This document shows positions 1 to 7,091 of a stretch of 22,166 nt of DNA, piece after piece. Numbering within the stretch: the stretch's first letter is position 1; every line of letters begins with the position of its first letter. The DNA is from a virus: the IMG/VR virus record IMGVR_UViG_3300044971_003869; one strand, written 5' to 3'. The notes under the pieces are model-generated. The model saw only the letters and a program-made list of their open reading frames with translations. It searched no databases and had not been told where the DNA came from. The position numbers and the translations under genes are program-made.

Positions 1-23
1 TAATATAAATATTTGGAAACAAT

Positions 24-398
24 ATGGTTGACCACGACGCTATGAGAAAAGCTTATTTAAGGGCTATTGACGAAGATATCGAAGAATCTTCTGATAAAGA
101 AGTTTTTAAAAAACCCTATAGGGGTAAATTTGGGAAAAAATTTTTTAGCCCCTTTTCTATTTCTACTTTTTCTTTATTTTTCAAAAAACTTTTTAGAAAA
201 GATAGACTGACTGTAGTATTAAAGTCTGATACTACCTCAAAAAAAATAGAGGTCATTAAGTTTACTCCACAAGAAACTGATACTATAACGAGTGCAGCAT
301 CTACTATGGGTGTTACATTGGAACAATTTTTTAAACATCTTTTTGAGGAGATAGTCAAAGATGCAGAAAGAAAAACTAACTTGCGAGAACTGTCATAA
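24..398 (+). CDS. hypothetical protein, basic/hydrophobic, 124 aa
   Basis: Open frame from ATG at 24; overlaps the next ORF by 38 nt in compact phage-like fashion; no recognised family. Confidence 0.6.
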   Translation: MVDHDAMRKAYLRAIDEDIEESSDKEVFKKPYRGKFGKKFFSPFSISTFSLFFKKLFRKDRLTVVLKSDTTSKKIEVIKFTPQETDTITSAASTMGVTLEQFFKHLFEEIVKDAERKTNLRELS

Positions 399-669
399 AG
401 ACTGGCAGAGAATTCCTTCTAGAGGAAGAAAGCCAAAGCTATGTCCTTCTTGCATCTCTGGTCCAGTCCAGGTTAAGGACTCTCCAAAACCAGTTGCACA
501 AAAAGTATTAGATCATGACTCAATGCCATTTCCTGGCCCAAGCAAATGGGCTTGTCGTTCTTGTGGAGCCTCAATAAGCATAGGTATAGATATAAAGCAC
601 CCGCCAACTCACCAGTGCCAAAAACGCCTTAAAAGAATTTATGCGCTTGAGTTAATACGGGAAGCTTAA
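361..669 (+). CDS. small zinc-ribbon-like protein with two Cys clusters
   Basis: CENCHKDWQRIPSRGRKPKLCPSC and CRSCGASISI...HQC motifs in a 102-aa ORF. Confidence 0.7.
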   Translation: MQKEKLTCENCHKDWQRIPSRGRKPKLCPSCISGPVQVKDSPKPVAQKVLDHDSMPFPGPSKWACRSCGASISIGIDIKHPPTHQCQKRLKRIYALELIREA

Positions 670-706
670 TTAAAAAATATTCCTACAAAAAATAATATGT
701 TAACTC

Positions 707-726
707 TTTCACACTTGTTTGTGAAA
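707..726. repeat. inverted repeat TTTCACA-CTTGTT-TGTGAAA, weak terminator or operator
   Basis: Perfect 7-bp arms with 6-nt loop, followed by TGATTTTCT, between the 669 stop and the promoter at 750. Confidence 0.5.
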
Positions 727-749
727 TGATTTTCTAATTAATCTGTTAT

Positions 750-755
750 TATAAT
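750..755 (+). promoter_or_regulatory. -10 box TATAAT upstream of the small ORF at 784
   Basis: Perfect TATAAT, 29 nt before an ATG preceded by AAGGAG; the -35 is poor. Confidence 0.5.
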
Positions 756-783
756 GCTTGAGTACAAACCCCAAGGAGACACC

Positions 784-921
784 ATGCATTACGGTATCGA
801 TGAGATCATGATTAAATATATTAATAATACAGATTCTTTTAAGAAGAAAAGAGCTCGCAACAAAGAGTCTCATGTTATTTTTTTAACTCGCAAAGAACGC
901 AAAGCTAAACAAAAGATCTAA
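784..921 (+). CDS. small highly basic protein, 45 aa (not in supplied ORF track)
   Basis: Translation MHYGIDEIMIKYINNTDSFKKKRARNKESHVIFLTRKERKAKQKI*; RBS CCAAGGAGACACCATG and upstream TATAAT. Confidence 0.65.
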   Translation: MHYGIDEIMIKYINNTDSFKKKRARNKESHVIFLTRKERKAKQKI

Positions 922-944
922 TTTTTTTAAACTAGAACCTCAGA

Positions 945-1886
945 TTACAAAATGCCTCTCATAACCTTAATTGCATTCTCCGTAGACTGTATTACATTAC
1001 TTAGGGTTCCTGGAGACATTACTCCAGTTCCACCAGCTCTTACAATAGGTTTTACGGCCCTCTGAGCTTTTGCTACACCGTGTTTCTCAATTGATTCTTC
1101 TATATTCTTACTTACTTGTCCCATTATTTTAATATCTTCTTGACTAAAACTTTTTTTTGCGTATTGCCTTGGCCTATAACCCCTTTCTTCTCCTATATCA
1201 ACACCAATAGTTCCTAGCATTCTTCCTTTAAGATTTTTAATAATTCCTTTGTTTCCTTCGTTCACAGAAATGCTCTCAAATCCACGAACATCTTCTTCTA
1301 TTCCAATAGAAGGAAAAAACAACTCTGGAATTATTCCTTCAACTGATTTTTGAGAAGTCGTAATTGCCGAAGGAAGTGTTAATTTAGATAAACCAAATCT
1401 ATCAGCTTGTTCTGCCATGCCCAAAAGGTCATCGTACACTTTTAAGTTTAGATCTGTAATTTCTCCTATTTCAAGTCCAGATTTTAAATTAGCAATCGTT
1501 TCTCCTTTTCTAAAGTCTATATTTGGATCGATTTTCATGTCTGCGATCATATTTGAGTTTACTTTAATTCTATATAAATCCATTTCGTTGGATCTAAATT
1601 CACTTCCAAAAGTTGAACCCCACAAATCATGACTAGCCTGAGTGTGATATGGGTGGGAGTAAAAAAAGGCTCTGTCTTTTAATTCTTGTTGAACTCCATA
1701 TTGAAAGTTTATTTTTTTTTCTGCGTTAAAACCATACTTTAAAAGACTTTCTCTCGCTTCACGAGGAGCATAATGATACAAATACCCGCTACTCTCTGCA
1801 TATAGTTTGGCAAATTCTAAAGAAGACATATTTTCATTTAGAATTTTTAATCCTTGTGGTCCTGTTAAGCTAAAATGCTGCTGCAT
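945..1886 (-). CDS. hypothetical protein with possible ADP-ribosyltransferase-like N-terminal fold, 313 aa
   Basis: YLYHYAPREARESLLKYGF ... FFYSHPYHTQASHDLWG ... MDLYRIKV spacing resembles ART-fold proteins; RBS TATAGGAGGTTTTATG. The family call is tentative; the CDS is clear. Confidence 0.4.
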   Translation of the reverse strand: MQQHFSLTGPQGLKILNENMSSLEFAKLYAESSGYLYHYAPREARESLLKYGFNAEKKINFQYGVQQELKDRAFFYSHPYHTQASHDLWGSTFGSEFRSNEMDLYRIKVNSNMIADMKIDPNIDFRKGETIANLKSGLEIGEITDLNLKVYDDLLGMAEQADRFGLSKLTLPSAITTSQKSVEGIIPELFFPSIGIEEDVRGFESISVNEGNKGIIKNLKGRMLGTIGVDIGEERGYRPRQYAKKSFSQEDIKIMGQVSKNIEESIEKHGVAKAQRAVKPIVRAGGTGVMSPGTLSNVIQSTENAIKVMRGIL

Positions 1887-1908
1887 AAAACCTCCTATAA
1901 TTATTTTA

Positions 1909-1918
1909 ATATAGTAAC
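1909..1918 (-). promoter_or_regulatory. putative phage promoter (GTTACTATAT), upstream TTGAGG at 16-nt spacing from TACTAT
   Basis: Minus strand TTGAGG-TCTAGATAATCCCAGT-TACTAT; predicted TSS about 18 nt before the ATG at 1886. Confidence 0.5.
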
Positions 1919-1968
1919 TGGGATTATCTAGACCTCAAATCACACATTTTTCTGCTATACTAACTGAC

Positions 1969-2181
1969 ATGAATTACACAGATATTTACAGAAGAATCTA
2001 TGAATCTGTTAAAACAGAAATAATAGACCACACAGACGCACATTATGCGTCTTTAAGAATTGCAGATGCAATTTCCTATTTAAGTTTGAGCTGCGAAAAA
2101 AAGGCAAGCACCTTAGAAGTTATCAAAGATATAGTGTTAAGCTTAAGAAGCGATGCTATAATAGAGCAAGATCAGCAATAG
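1969..2181 (+). CDS. hypothetical protein, 70 aa
   Basis: Open frame MNYTDIYRRIYESVKTEIIDHTDAHYASLR..., directly upstream of the tRNA gene; RBS weak. Confidence 0.55.
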   Translation: MNYTDIYRRIYESVKTEIIDHTDAHYASLRIADAISYLSLSCEKKASTLEVIKDIVLSLRSDAIIEQDQQ

Positions 2182-2193
2182 CGATCACATCGT

Positions 2194-2267
<74 letters not shown>

Positions 2268-2288
2268 ATTTAAACAAGAAAGAATGAA

Positions 2289-3299
2289 ATGAATAAAAGA
2301 GTATTTTTAACAGGAGCTGGTGGCTTTGTTGGTCACCATACTTTGGAGCACATCTTAAAGACAACGGATTGGGATGTCGTAATTAGCGACTCTTTCCGCC
2401 ATCGTGGCGTTACAGACAGAGTTACCTCTATAGCTTGCTGGGAATCCGAAAGACATCGTGTTCAGCTCATTACTCATGATCTAACTGTTCCTTTCTCTGA
2501 CGTAATGATTAAGGACATGGGTCATATTGACTATATTATTTCAATGGCATCTGACTCACATGTTGACAGATCAATTACAGACCCAGCACCTTTTATTTTA
2601 AATAATGTTGCGCTTGTTGTTAATATGTTGGAGCTTGCCCGCAAGATTCAACCAGAAGTATTCTTGCATGTGTCAACCGACGAGGTTTATGGCCCAGCAC
2701 CAGCCGGGTATGCCCACGTAGAGTGGGACACAATCCTTCCATCTAATCCATACTCTGGCTCAAAGGCTGCACAGGAAGCTGCCTGTATCTCTTACTGGCG
2801 TACATTTGGAGTGCCAGTAATTATTACAAATACTATGAACATTATTGGTGAGCGTCAGGATCCTGAAAAGTTTGTTCCAAAGATTATGTATTGTTTAGAG
2901 AAGAATATTCCTATGACAATTCACGGAACTCCAGAAAACATTGGGTCTCGTTTCTATCTCCACGCAAGAAATCAAGCTGACGCATTGGTTTTTATTTTAA
3001 AAAATTTACCAGCGGTTTCTTATCCAAATTCAGACAGACCAGACAAGTACCACATTGTTGGCGAACGTGAAGTCAACAACTTAGAAATGGCTCAAATGGT
3101 AGCAGAGTTTTGGGGTAAAGAACTTAAGTTTGAGTTTGAAGACTTCCATACTACAAGACCGGGACATGATCTAAGATATGCTCTTGATGGTACTAAGCTA
3201 GCAAAAGCAGGATGGAAGGCTCCCATGCCTTTAGAGAAGTCTCTACAGACAACTGTAGAATGGACTAAGAAGCATCCAGAATGGCTGTGGAGAGACTAA
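2289..3299 (+). CDS. NAD-dependent epimerase/dehydratase, dTDP-glucose 4,6-dehydratase-like (extended SDR)
   Basis: FLTGAGGFVGHHTLEHIL Rossmann motif, HVSTDEVYGP, YSGSKAAQEA (YxxxK). Confidence 0.88.
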   Translation: MNKRVFLTGAGGFVGHHTLEHILKTTDWDVVISDSFRHRGVTDRVTSIACWESERHRVQLITHDLTVPFSDVMIKDMGHIDYIISMASDSHVDRSITDPAPFILNNVALVVNMLELARKIQPEVFLHVSTDEVYGPAPAGYAHVEWDTILPSNPYSGSKAAQEAACISYWRTFGVPVIITNTMNIIGERQDPEKFVPKIMYCLEKNIPMTIHGTPENIGSRFYLHARNQADALVFILKNLPAVSYPNSDRPDKYHIVGEREVNNLEMAQMVAEFWGKELKFEFEDFHTTRPGHDLRYALDGTKLAKAGWKAPMPLEKSLQTTVEWTKKHPEWLWRD

Positions 3300-3304
3300 A
3301 GTCT
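3293..3304. repeat. palindrome AGACT-AA-AGTCT over overlapping convergent stop codons
   Basis: The + stop TAA (3297-3299) and minus stop TAG (complement of 3296-3298) overlap inside the palindrome. Confidence 0.5.
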
Positions 3305-4735
3305 AGCCCTTAAGATAGATAAAAGGGCACCAGCTTCACGCAAAGCTCCAGACCCTCTCTTGCCCATGGTAACAGCTTTAGATGCTTGACGAGCAGCTTG
3401 TACGCCTCTGCTAGATCTATTGATAACAATATTAGGTGATCTTGGAGCTATATTTTCTACTGACTCCACAACGTCGCTAGCTATAGTGCCAATAGCTTTT
3501 GGTTTTGCAGCCAAAGGTTGCCCATGTATGGGTGAATCTACAACCATTTTTAATTGCTGTGCTTGGCGGAAATTTCCTTCATTATCTAATAGATCATATC
3601 TTGCTGTGCCATAATCAAAATCTTGCTCTGCTAATGATTCCATATCTTGTAATAAACCTAATCTTTTTGCATCAAAAGCTTCTATATCTTTTGTGTTTTC
3701 AATTACCGTTCCAACCGTTGCCACATGACCATAGTGTCTTTGATCATTCAGCGTTGTTTTAAGTATTTTTCTTTCTTTTCTTTTTAGTGGAGCACCTGAT
3801 CTTCTTGCTTCTGTAACTAAACTATCGTAATATGAATCTGTATACATTGGACCAAAAATTTCCGGACCATGATCTGCGTATGCAACACGGCCAAGATTAA
3901 TTGGGTTAGAGTCAGTTATTTTTGAGTTAGCATGTAACGCATGCATTCTTATCCTTCCGGATTCAGCAATGCCTTCTTCAATTCCGGTTTGAGTCATTAC
4001 TCGACGATAACTGTCAGCTACCCCTTCTACCCAATTTTTTTTATAACGTGGATCCTTTCTTTGGGTAACCCATCCATATAGGTTTGATATTGGTTCATTT
4101 TGTGCTGCAGCTCTTCTTCCGCTTATATCGCTAAATCCATGAGTTAATTCATGGTAAGCTAAATTAACAGGATGTTCAAAAACTCCTGCAGAAAATTCTT
4201 CGGCACCATAAAATGTTGCACGCGTTATATCTTCTAGTTTTTGGGGAATTTTTATGCCTTCAGCATCTAGTATTCTTCCTAATTTTTCGTGACTAAAATT
4301 TGAATTTGGACCACCAACTGTGGCTTGAAATCCTCCTCCTGCAAATTTTTCTTCTTGTATCTGAGCTGTTTTTAAAGGGTGAAGAATTCTTTGTTTTAAA
4401 CTTATCTTTGGATTTACAATTTCTTCATATCTTTTTTGGTCTATTATTACGCCCACATGTCTGGATGAAAGTTCTGATCCAACCCCAAGAAATGGAGCTC
4501 CAGCACCTTTTGAAGTTCCCATATGAAAAGCAATGTTGGTATCAGCAAAATTAGACTCTCTTAAAAGAGCTTCAGTTTGATTGACTAGATTTGCATCAAC
4601 TATGTCTGTAGCTGATTTTCCAATATGAAATTTATAAGGTTCAGGTATTGGATCAAATTGAAGAATATTTGAATTTAAAGTACTAGATTGGTTTGGTATT
4701 ATATCTGAAATAAAATTGTGAATATTTTGAGCCAT
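3296..4735 (-). CDS. putative zinc metallopeptidase (gluzincin-like HELTH ... EGVAD/EEGIAE), 479 aa
   Basis: HELTH (residues 195-199, window 4139-4153) followed by WVEGVADS and IEEGIAES as third-ligand candidates. Confidence 0.55.
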   Translation of the reverse strand: MAQNIHNFISDIIPNQSSTLNSNILQFDPIPEPYKFHIGKSATDIVDANLVNQTEALLRESNFADTNIAFHMGTSKGAGAPFLGVGSELSSRHVGVIIDQKRYEEIVNPKISLKQRILHPLKTAQIQEEKFAGGGFQATVGGPNSNFSHEKLGRILDAEGIKIPQKLEDITRATFYGAEEFSAGVFEHPVNLAYHELTHGFSDISGRRAAAQNEPISNLYGWVTQRKDPRYKKNWVEGVADSYRRVMTQTGIEEGIAESGRIRMHALHANSKITDSNPINLGRVAYADHGPEIFGPMYTDSYYDSLVTEARRSGAPLKRKERKILKTTLNDQRHYGHVATVGTVIENTKDIEAFDAKRLGLLQDMESLAEQDFDYGTARYDLLDNEGNFRQAQQLKMVVDSPIHGQPLAAKPKAIGTIASDVVESVENIAPRSPNIVINRSSRGVQAARQASKAVTMGKRGSGALREAGALLSILRARL

Positions 4736-4751
4736 AAAAGAACCTTATTGA

Positions 4752-4772
4752 TTACTATATTTTAAATAGTAA
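4752..4772. promoter_or_regulatory. perfect inverted repeat TTACTAT-ATTTTAA-ATAGTAA, putative divergent promoter
   Basis: Lies between divergent genes (minus ATG at 4735, + ATG at 4793); each arm matches the recurrent TTACTAT element upstream of other genes. Confidence 0.6.
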
Positions 4773-4792
4773 CCATGTTTTGGAGGTATGTT

Positions 4793-5011
4793 ATGGCTGG
4801 AAAAAAGCCCGCAAAAAAAAATGTCTCAACCCCTGTTAAAGAAGCAGTAAAACAGCTTCCTGGAAAGGCTGTTCTTTATATAGGTTCAAGTTTAAAATTA
4901 TTTAAATGCCCTACCTGTAGTAGACAACTAAAAAAGGGAATTGTATGGGAAGAAGGTTCTACTGCGTACTGCACAAGAACATGTATACCAAAAGTAGAAG
5001 TTGCACAATAG
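4793..5011 (+). CDS. small zinc-ribbon-like protein, 72 aa (start revised from 4775)
   Basis: GGAGG at 4782-4786 upstream of ATG 4793 (MAGKKPAKKN...); CPTC...CTRTC motif. Confidence 0.7.
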   Translation: MAGKKPAKKNVSTPVKEAVKQLPGKAVLYIGSSLKLFKCPTCSRQLKKGIVWEEGSTAYCTRTCIPKVEVAQ

Positions 5012-5085
5012 TGGAAGCTATGGTAATATGGTGGGTAAGCGTTTTTATAGCGTTTGCACTTCGGATATATTAAAGGATCAGAAAA

Positions 5086-5403
5086 ATGACAGAATATTGG
5101 TTAGCTGAATTTTTAGAGGAAATGGACAGAAAACTTCCTCCAGCAGAACAAGAATATGTAAACGCTATGTTATCAATCGTAGCAAAATATGGAAAGCTAT
5201 CCAATGGTGACAGTAATGGCATCTGGGTTGGCTATGTTCCAGGAGTAGAGAACGATAATCTTTCTATTGGCGTTAAGTGCGGTAACTGTGCTTTCTATGA
5301 GGGTAATGGAGTTTGCAAGATTGCAGCTGGCCAAGTAGAAGATAATGGATATTGTCGTTTAGCTGCCATTCCAGATGGTGTAGTAAAAGGGTACAGAAAA
5401 TAA
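5086..5403 (+). CDS. HiPIP-like Cys-motif protein, 105 aa
   Basis: CGNCAFYEGNGVCKIAAGQVEDNGYCRL: CxxC...C...GxVxxxxxC pattern; AAAGGA RBS. Confidence 0.7.
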   Translation: MTEYWLAEFLEEMDRKLPPAEQEYVNAMLSIVAKYGKLSNGDSNGIWVGYVPGVENDNLSIGVKCGNCAFYEGNGVCKIAAGQVEDNGYCRLAAIPDGVVKGYRK

Positions 5404-5780
5404 TGACAAACTATTGGTTGTCTGAATATGACTCTCCAGATGATGAGGAGATGCCAGAAGACGAAGAGATGCCTGAAGAGCCAGAGGACGAAGAAGATCC
5501 TGACGATCCAGAAGAAAAATTAAATGACCGTCAAAAAATGATGTATGAACAATACGAACAGTGTGTAGAAATGCATGGTAAGTTTGACCAAACATCAAAA
5601 GGTAATGGTGCACACTACGCACCAGCAGCTAAGAATCCTTTCATTAAAGAAGGACTTATCTGTTCTAATTGCGTATTTTTTATGGGTGGTCAAGGCTGCG
5701 AAATAGTAGCTGGCAAGGTAGAAGCCAATGCTGTCTGTAAATTGTGGATTATTCCAGAAGAACTATTGACTAAGAAATAG
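5403..5780 (+). CDS. HiPIP-like Cys-motif protein with acidic insert, 125 aa, paralogue of 5086..5403 (start revised from 5352)
   Basis: TAATG stop/start overlap at 5401-5405; N-terminus MTNYWLSEY matches MTEYWLAEF; CSNCVFFMGGQGCEIVAGKVEANAVCKLW. Confidence 0.72.
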   Translation: MTNYWLSEYDSPDDEEMPEDEEMPEEPEDEEDPDDPEEKLNDRQKMMYEQYEQCVEMHGKFDQTSKGNGAHYAPAAKNPFIKEGLICSNCVFFMGGQGCEIVAGKVEANAVCKLWIIPEELLTKK

Positions 5781-5782
5781 TG

Positions 5783-5788
5783 TATAAT
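5783..5788 (+). promoter_or_regulatory. TATAAT box placed for leaderless expression of 5796..6416
   Basis: TATAAT-ATAGCTT-ATG: a +1 seven nt after the -10 falls at or next to the start codon, and no Shine-Dalgarno is visible. Confidence 0.5.
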
Positions 5789-5795
5789 ATAGCTT

Positions 5796-6416
5796 ATGAA
5801 GCTATCAAACAATCCTTACAGATCATCTAAGATTACTCTTCCATACATTTGTATATATGATTATTTTACAAATGAAGAGTTAGATCACATTGAATTCTTG
5901 TCAAAAACCAAAGCCCTAAACAAAGCTACTACAGTTGCTCAAGAAAGTGGCTTGGTTGTATATGATAATCCAATTAGAATTTCTAGCAATTGTTTTCATG
6001 GATATACTGAAGAAAATGCCTGGTTCTTTGAGAAGCTTAATACAGCCATTGAGTCAGTAAATAATTCTGTTTATGGCTTTGAGCTTTACGGCTACAAAGA
6101 CTACCAGTACACTGAATATAGCGGAGAAGAAAAAGGTAAATATGGAATACATATGGACCTTATCATGACCGATGCCAAGCCTGCTGATTTACTTGACACA
6201 AGAAAACTTTCTTTGTCCCTTTTGTTATCTGATCAAGGAAAAGATTTTACTGGTGGAGATTTTCTTATTTATGAAGGCGGATCGCCAACAAGAATAGAAG
6301 CACCAAAAGGTACAATGATATTCTTCCCATCCTTTATGCTTCATGAGGTAACACCAGTTACAGAAGGCTTAAGAAAGTCTATTGTAGTGTGGGTTGAAGG
6401 ACCTAAGTTTAAATAA
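5796..6416 (+). CDS. 2OG-Fe(II) oxygenase (prolyl-4-hydroxylase-like), 206 aa
   Basis: YGIHMDLIM (HxD), DFTGGDFLIY, PKGTMIFFPSFMLHEVTPV (distal His), GLRKSIVVWV (Arg). Confidence 0.85.
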   Translation: MKLSNNPYRSSKITLPYICIYDYFTNEELDHIEFLSKTKALNKATTVAQESGLVVYDNPIRISSNCFHGYTEENAWFFEKLNTAIESVNNSVYGFELYGYKDYQYTEYSGEEKGKYGIHMDLIMTDAKPADLLDTRKLSLSLLLSDQGKDFTGGDFLIYEGGSPTRIEAPKGTMIFFPSFMLHEVTPVTEGLRKSIVVWVEGPKFK

Positions 6417-6417
6417 A

Positions 6418-7041
6418 CTAGGCAAACTTTGACTGACTAGCAAATACAGTAAAGGTACTAGCTGCTGTTTTGATAATCGTCAAAGTATAAACATCTACAG
6501 AGTTTGCATTTCCGCTTGGCGCAGATCCACCAAACCATTTTGTTGACACTGTTGCATTCGTATCAATTGTGACACTGCTTAAATTTCTGGCAGTTGAGTT
6601 TGTGCAGAACAAAACTACAGTTAAAGACTGCCCAGTAGACATAAGAGAATCTAGTGTATTAGAAGAATTTCCCCTTATATTAAATGTGAAGTTGCCACTT
6701 GAATTTGATGTATAGTAATAAACAGCTCCTGACAACATGTCTATGTTTACTGTTCCAGTGAGCGCAGTGGACGATAAGGAAGCCTGCTCTAAAGATTGTT
6801 GAAGTGTTGTTGTTCCAGTAATGGTTAAGCTGTTATCTGTTTTTAAAACACCCGCTGAGGACCTATATATATTAGTGTCTGAATTTCCAGAACCAGAACT
6901 CCATTTTATTTTGCCTCCAGCATCAATTGCAAAGTTTGGAGTAGCACTGCTAGATGGGCCTATCTCAATAGCATTATCTGAAGATGTACTAAATTTTTGA
7001 GCACGAATTAAATTATAAAAATTAGGCATGGCCTCAACCAC
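6418..7041 (-). CDS. tail-fibre-like protein, 207 aa, C-terminal domain shared with 9583..12249
   Basis: C-terminus LMSTGQSLTVVLF...KWFGGSAPSGNANSVDVYTLTIIKT...VFASQSKFA matches the end of the 888-aa ORF. Start is GTG at 7041 or ATG at 7029. Confidence 0.7.
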   Translation of the reverse strand: MVEAMPNFYNLIRAQKFSTSSDNAIEIGPSSSATPNFAIDAGGKIKWSSGSGNSDTNIYRSSAGVLKTDNSLTITGTTTLQQSLEQASLSSTALTGTVNIDMLSGAVYYYTSNSSGNFTFNIRGNSSNTLDSLMSTGQSLTVVLFCTNSTARNLSSVTIDTNATVSTKWFGGSAPSGNANSVDVYTLTIIKTAASTFTVFASQSKFA

Positions 7042-7077
7042 ATTCCTTCTATGTAGGGCCCTTCAAGGCTTATTTAA

Positions 7078-7083
7078 ATAGTA
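7078..7083 (-). promoter_or_regulatory. putative promoter, TTGTGT-17-TACTAT
   Basis: Minus strand TTGTGT-CAAGTTTGAGATTTTAT-TACTAT upstream of the gene starting at 7041; same TTACTAT element as elsewhere. Confidence 0.45.
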
Positions 7084-7091
7084 ATAAAATC

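Noticed and set aside
6711-6718. TATAGTAA match (minus TTACTATA) inside 6418..7041
   Set aside because: Lies within the conserved AVYYYTS coding segment (Tyr codons TAT/TAC), so it was not counted as a promoter element.
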